From the IMG/VR virus record IMGVR_UViG_3300010213_000001, positions 180,701-244,700 of that record: a DNA stretch of 64,000 bases; one strand, written 5' to 3'. The notes beneath the pieces were generated by a model, which saw nothing but the letters and a program-made list of their open reading frames with translations, was not told the DNA's origin and did not search any database. Position 1 is the first letter of the stretch; each line of letters starts with the position of its first letter. The position numbers and the translations under genes are program-made. Of this stretch, positions 59,252-64,000 are shown one piece after another. The DNA is from a virus (Duplodnaviria; Heunggongvirae; Uroviricota; Caudoviricetes).

Positions 59252-59338
59252 TGCGCTTTCGTCCTAATTTAATAAGAATTTGCTTATAGCTACAGACCCT
59301 CCTTAACAAGGGCGGTTCTACCAATTCACCTACTCCCC
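59219..59338 (-). ncRNA. tRNA-like element with ~50-nt insertion (non-canonical)
   Basis: Minus reading: tRNA-like D region GGU-GAAUUGGUAGA-ACC, stem GCCCU with 8-nt loop UGUUAAGG, then about a 53-nt insert sharing the 12-mer CUGUAGCUAUAA and CGAAAGCG with the P9 region of the AAA intron 2. Then T-arm GGAGG-UUCGAAU-CCUCU. Acceptor pairing is imperfect. Confidence 0.3.
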
Positions 59339-59347
59339 CATATTACA

Positions 59348-59527
59348 GTGAACTTAAATACTATTATTAATAAAGTTAGTACACTCTTCTAAAGTACCAG
59401 TAAACAGTACCTCATTGTCGTATCTTTCTTTATTGTATACAGCTACTGATACGGTACTCAGAGAACCTATTGCAGTCTTTATAACCGCATACTTTACTTC
59501 TTGTTCCCATTCCCAGTTGAATTCTTT
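59348..59527 (-). CDS. small hypothetical protein (59 aa, not in ORF track)
   Basis: Hand translation MDKEFNWEWEQEVKYAVIKTAIGSLSTVSVAVYNKERYDNEVLFTGTLEECTNFINNSI*. Fills the gap between flanking minus-strand genes. Confidence 0.35.
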
Positions 59528-59537
59528 ATCCATATAT

Positions 59538-59825
59538 TTAAATAAAAAGTGAGAAGTAAGCTTTACCAGCTCTCCAATATCTTTTCTTTGATTTATTTGA
59601 AAGCTTTATTGTCCAAATACAAGATCCTATAGTAGCTGAATTTATATTGGACCAATGACTAGAGAATCGTATTACAAACTCACCTCCTTCATCCTCCCCA
59701 AAATAATATTTAGAGCTAACATTGCCATGTCTATCAAAAGAAGTATAGTCTGGCTTTGTTAATGGAAGTTCACATTCTACAAATTCAGCAATAGTTCTAT
59801 ACGAAAAATTAGTTCTATTATACAT
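59538..59825 (-). CDS. hypothetical protein, paralogue of 62458..62814
   Basis: PDYTSFDRHGNVSSKYYFGEDEGGEFVIRFSSHWSN...SCIWTIKLSNKSKKRYWRAGKAYFSLF aligns with PDYISYNQWGTVSSSYYYGSDKNGAYVIRVSDHWSK...SCVWVLKTNNIGYKRAGKCYFSDF. Confidence 0.55.
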   Translation of the reverse strand: MYNRTNFSYRTIAEFVECELPLTKPDYTSFDRHGNVSSKYYFGEDEGGEFVIRFSSHWSNINSATIGSCIWTIKLSNKSKKRYWRAGKAYFSLFI

Positions 59826-61088
59826 ACTAATTTACATACTAAAGATAAAAAGTAAATAAAAGAGAGGCAGTAATTGGATTCAAACCAATCCTATCAAAAC
59901 TTCATGATAGCTCCTGTTCCCTCCATAAGATTCTTCCCTTATGTTAAGTACTGCCTAGTTGTTTTAGAATCTTGAGTGATGGGATTCTGTAGTTTCATTT
60001 ATAAGACTCTTTGTGAATCTAACACACACTTATCCTTTCGGCAAGTAGAAACCAAGTCAGACATTTAAAGTGTTGCCCACACTACTATCCTAGACCTTAC
60101 TATGTACTCGTTTCATCTATATCCTCCTTGCGGGATAAAGAGAATGCCTTCTCTTAGATATAAATTACTCCATTTTCATTACTATTTTCCTTGCGGTACT
60201 CATAGTATCTCTGTATTACAAGAGAACAAGACTTTTTAAGTCATAGGATGCCAATCTGTTTTTGCTTTTAGTTTTGTTGACTATAACAAAATTGGTTTTT
60301 GATAAGGTAGAAGAAGCCGATCAGCTTGTTGTCTTCACTAGCTTTGGACTAGTTACATACACATCTCCTCCCTTCTTTCAGCTTGCGGCTTACTCGATTC
60401 TTGATAGTTTGGATTTTATCCACAAGTTAGTATTTCTACAACAGGTTGCAAGCCTGCAAGATATTAGCTTACCTTTAACTTGAACTATCTTAATTAATAA
60501 CACACTTGATTTGCGGTCTCATGTATTAAAACAAAAGATTTCTATTGTGTCGCCACTCAACAGGATTATCATCTCCTGTCATTATTACCAGCCCTCAGCA
60601 GTTGCCCTTGGATTTACATAATAATGGTATCTCTTGACTTTCTTATGTATTGGTATTTCTACCAACGCAATTGACCTTAAACCAAAGCCAATCACTTTAT
60701 AACTGTTACCAGTCTTATACTGACGAGAAGAAGCCTCCCGTATTCCTTGGTTCATATCCGAAGATACTTAACGCTATAACCTTGAGTATTTTACAACTCT
60801 GTAGGTGGAATATTATAGCTTATAATATGAGGGATTAGATGTATCATTCCATCCAACTGGGAAAATCAATCTACTATTAATATAATTATACTAATCCCTC
60901 GTGTTCTATTCTATCTAGCTACATAGCACTTAGTAGCCTACACTTCTATATCTTACTCTTGTACTAGCTTCTTCACCTACTTAGGCACTTGTTCTACTAA
61001 TAAGTAATATACATAGACCTTAACGATAATATAGATTAACGGACTATTCAATACGGAATAATCAAACGGCTTGACTCTAGTATTTTGG

Positions 61089-61349
61089 CTATACTAGAAT
61101 CCACTTACCATTAGTACTTGGATTGTAATGGTATGTATCTCCGTTCTCAAAACGGATTACACCATATACATCTCCCTCGATACCTACTAAGCTTTGATGG
61201 AACTCTGAGAAAGTTCTATCGTTGGCTTGGATATCGAATGTACTAATAGTTTTTCTCTTATTGTCTTTAAGTGTATACACAACACCATCGACAAGCTTAC
61301 ATTGTGCTTGTCCAATAGCATCAGCAACACTCTTTCTTAAATCCTTCAT
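61089..61349 (-). CDS. hypothetical protein
   Basis: ORF track; less AT-biased codon usage than the rest of the window. Confidence 0.45.
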   Translation of the reverse strand: MKDLRKSVADAIGQAQCKLVDGVVYTLKDNKRKTISTFDIQANDRTFSEFHQSLVGIEGDVYGVIRFENGDTYHYNPSTNGKWILV

Positions 61350-61542
61350 AGTGAAGTAAATAGGATTAAGATAGTAAAGAGAATAAAGGACACAGGATTT
61401 AACCTACTCTTATACACCTGATAGATTCAATAGGAAGCATAACCATTAGGTATTTTGCCATAATACAAGTTAATATAAAAAGTCTTAGAACAATAATAAA
61501 GGACTTATAGTTAGTAGGTCCTTTATTAGTCAGATATAACTG

Positions 61543-61818
61543 TTAGCTCTTTTGTACTCTAAAGCACTCCAAGCTCTTATATTTCTCCCATTCTTCCTCA
61601 GTCATTGGACGGAAAGAATGTTTGGAGTCACAATATTCAGATTGGTCAGTTGGACAATACCAACCGAACTTTTGACCAGAGATTCCTGCCCAATCTCCAG
61701 TTTCTAACCATCTGTCAGAGGCAAAGTAGCCACCTCTAACTAGAGCAGGATAAGATTCGGTCTGCCCCACAAACATCGCAGCGAATGTAGGGACTTTTGA
61801 ATTTGGGTATGTTTTCAT
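61543..61818 (-). CDS. hypothetical protein (Trp/Cys-rich)
   Basis: ORF track; atypical composition (GGYFASDRWLETGDWAGISGQKFGWYCP). Confidence 0.45.
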   Translation of the reverse strand: MKTYPNSKVPTFAAMFVGQTESYPALVRGGYFASDRWLETGDWAGISGQKFGWYCPTDQSEYCDSKHSFRPMTEEEWEKYKSLECFRVQKS

Positions 61819-61857
61819 AACAATAATAATTAAATATGGTGATAAAATACTACTAAC

Positions 61858-62205
61858 CTAATATACAATTTGTATATTTAAATCAGCAGCTACTCTGTCA
61901 AGTAACTCCCTATACTGAAAGTAGTCTTGACGTCTAACTATGCGGACCAAGTTACCTTTCTCTAAGAAAAGTGTAACATAATCTGCTTTAACAATTGTTA
62001 GATCTTGCCTTGGGTTCTTACCGTAAGATACCCAATTAAAAGTTACTGTAAAGGTCCAGCCATCTCCAAGCTGTCCTTTAGCAGTACTTGTATCCGCAAT
62101 CTTATCTTCAATAAGAGTTTGCAGATTGTAGTCCTGACCATAGCAATTAGATTTAACTGCTAGTGATAGGACTACTAATAGTAATAATACAATTGTACTT
62201 TTCAT
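61858..62205 (-). CDS. hypothetical secreted protein
   Basis: Signal peptide MKSTIVLLLLVVLSLAVKSNCYGQ. Confidence 0.5.
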   Translation of the reverse strand: MKSTIVLLLLVVLSLAVKSNCYGQDYNLQTLIEDKIADTSTAKGQLGDGWTFTVTFNWVSYGKNPRQDLTIVKADYVTLFLEKGNLVRIVRRQDYFQYRELLDRVAADLNIQIVY

Positions 62206-62457
62206 ATTTTGCCATTAAAATTTAATTAGTGGTACCTTTACCAAGCATAGACTGATTCCGTATCGTCTCCATACGCTTATATAGTGTGAGTTCACTATAC
62301 AAGTTATTAAATCCTAATAGTAAAGACTTCTCTTTATTTGGTATAACATTTCATAGAGTATAATAATAACCTTGTTATTAAATTATACTCCTGCTTCTAC
62401 CCTTTACTATTATTTGTAAGTTTTGATAAAGGTAAAACAAACATAAACCCTCTTCAA

Positions 62458-62814
62458 CTATATAGGTTTGAAGTCTGAGAAGTAACACTTCCCTGCTCTC
62501 TTGTAACCTATATTGTTGGTCTTCAACACCCATACGCAAGATGCTATATTATTACAGCCTCTTGTTGTATCGTTGTTGAAGTTATAGAGCTTAGACCAAT
62601 GGTCTGAAACTCTAATCACGTAAGCTCCATTCTTATCACTACCGTAGTAGTAAGAAGAGCTTACAGTTCCCCATTGATTATATGAAATATAATCTGGGGC
62701 TCTCTTAGGTATCTTACAGCCTTTGAATTTAGCCTTAGTACCTAAGAAGAAATTATCCTTGTTGTATTCCATAATAATAAATAAGATGTTGTTAGTGGGA
62801 AATCCCACCTGCAC
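62458..62814 (-). CDS. hypothetical protein, paralogue of 59538..59825
   Basis: See the paralogue alignment under 59538..59825. Confidence 0.55.
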   Translation of the reverse strand: MQVGFPTNNILFIIMEYNKDNFFLGTKAKFKGCKIPKRAPDYISYNQWGTVSSSYYYGSDKNGAYVIRVSDHWSKLYNFNNDTTRGCNNIASCVWVLKTNNIGYKRAGKCYFSDFKPI

Positions 62815-63126
62815 AATATAGGTATTACCTACAAGTTAATAGCCAAGCTTAAGCTATTAAAATCCAACCTTTCATAGACTACCCATAGACTGGGTTCTAC
62901 TTATGGTTAAGTTCAAAGAACACATTACCTTTATAATAATTCAGACTAACAGTTTCATTATACTAAGATAAGAGGAGTTACTGTCGATAACGGTAAGTAA
63001 TATGTCTTCCTGCAAGTATCCAACTTGCTGCCTTCGATTGAGTATAGGATGTTATCAGTGCAACTAAGTTGCTGAATTTCACAGGACTGATTTAACTCAA
63101 ACTTATCTCCTTTTGGAGCACACCGA

Positions 63127-63777
63127 CTATGTTTCCATGTCATGTTTATATTTCCAAATAAATCCGTATGCTGTTTTTCTTTTTCCTTTACAGCATTTGG
63201 ACAATTCACTTGCATTTTTATTAGTTAATCCGATTGATTTACACGCTTCTGTTAAACTTGGAAAAATGTTTATGAGTGTTAAATCAAGCGAATATTGAAC
63301 AACCTCTACCTGTTTATAATCAAAACTATTTTTCTTTTGTGGTACAAACAAGCCTTTCTCTTTTAAAATATTACGAACTGTGATTCGAGATATTTTTAAA
63401 TAATTCGCTACTTTCTCAGTAGATTTTAATTCTTTATAAAGTTTAGGTACTATATCTTCACATTTCTTTTTTCTTTTACCTCCCTTATTCCCTTCCCCTC
63501 CTATTGTATTGTTATATCCTTTGTTAAAAGAATCAAATAACAAAATAAAAAATTGTTCTTTTTCATTTAATAATTCGTTTTCTATTTCTTCTATTACTTC
63601 AAATGTAAAACAATCTATACCATATTTTTGTATAGCACTATATAGTTTACTTTTATATCGTACTCCCTTTCTACTGTAATATTTATGTTGGTACCAGCGT
63701 ACGTTAGGTTGTTTGATTGTCTGACCGATGTAACACTTATTATTTTTAGTATTTGTAATTTTATATATGACTCCCAT
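63127..63777 (-). CDS. GIY-YIG homing endonuclease (free-standing, Seg-like)
   Basis: N-terminus GVIYKITNTKNNKCYIGQT...RWYQH is the GIY-YIG motif. No intron core elements recognised around it. Lies next to a tRNA-like element. Confidence 0.7.
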   Translation of the reverse strand: MGVIYKITNTKNNKCYIGQTIKQPNVRWYQHKYYSRKGVRYKSKLYSAIQKYGIDCFTFEVIEEIENELLNEKEQFFILLFDSFNKGYNNTIGGEGNKGGKRKKKCEDIVPKLYKELKSTEKVANYLKISRITVRNILKEKGLFVPQKKNSFDYKQVEVVQYSLDLTLINIFPSLTEACKSIGLTNKNASELSKCCKGKRKTAYGFIWKYKHDMET

Positions 63778-63942
63778 AGTGTAATATTTTATTTACAATA
63801 ATAAAATGAACGTATAAAATTACCAAATAACTTATCCCATTTAAGGGCTTACACTCTCACTTTCGTGGAGTATTATAAAAGTACCATAAATCCAAAAGAC
63901 TTACAGTACTTGTCTATGTTTTACCTTAAAACTAGCGACCAC

Positions 63943-64000
63943 ACCTAGAATCGAACTAGGTTATATCTTACTAGGTGTGAGATATGTATATTATATCCCA
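63943..64000 (-). ncRNA. partial tRNA-like element at window edge
   Basis: Minus reading shows T-arm CCUAG-UUCGAUU-CUAGG, then a GUGGUCG acceptor-like 3' strand. The 5' part runs off the window and no anticodon stem is recognisable in the available sequence. Confidence 0.25.

Noticed and set aside
59826-61088. Group II intron in the 1.26-kb ORF-poor region
   Set aside because: No GUGYG 5' end, no domain V (GAGC…GAAA…GUUC hairpin) and no RT/maturase ORF recognisable on either strand.

Overview
AT-rich (~30% GC) 64-kb segment of a large tailed-phage genome. All convincing genes are on the minus strand. The plus-strand ORFs in the track look like shadow ORFs. Recognisable content, in window order: the 5' part of a family-A DNA polymerase gene running off the window start, a T4-type GH24 lysozyme, dUTPase, a MoxR-type AAA+ ATPase plus VWA partner, a Ubl / E1(ThiF) / JAB(JAMM) cassette, several further AAA+ ATPases, a SAM methyltransferase, a Ro60-like (TROVE+vWA) protein, an SPFH lipoprotein, a bactofilin-like protein, a PRTase-like protein, a CCA-adding enzyme, a DEAH helicase, one canonical tRNA-Met(CAT) and several tRNA-like elements. 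The most striking property is intron density. At least five intervening sequences with recognisable group I features (T4 td-like P/Q/R/S core elements) interrupt minus-strand protein genes. Three of them carry homing-endonuclease ORFs (two GIY-YIG, one LAGLIDADG). In each case a conserved catalytic motif (Walker A, Walker B, the JAMM HxHx7Sx2D motif, the vWA 'FSDGEF' segment) is restored only after conceptual splicing. This is why the ORF track shows the host genes as pairs of small ORFs with TTG 'starts'. Candidate novel systems are a phage-encoded Ubl–E1–JAB module with an intron-split JAB gene, and a Ro60 orthologue with an adjacent tRNA-like structured RNA that may be a Y RNA. Also notable are an ~8-copy degenerate direct-repeat array and a 1.2-kb ORF-poor structured region.
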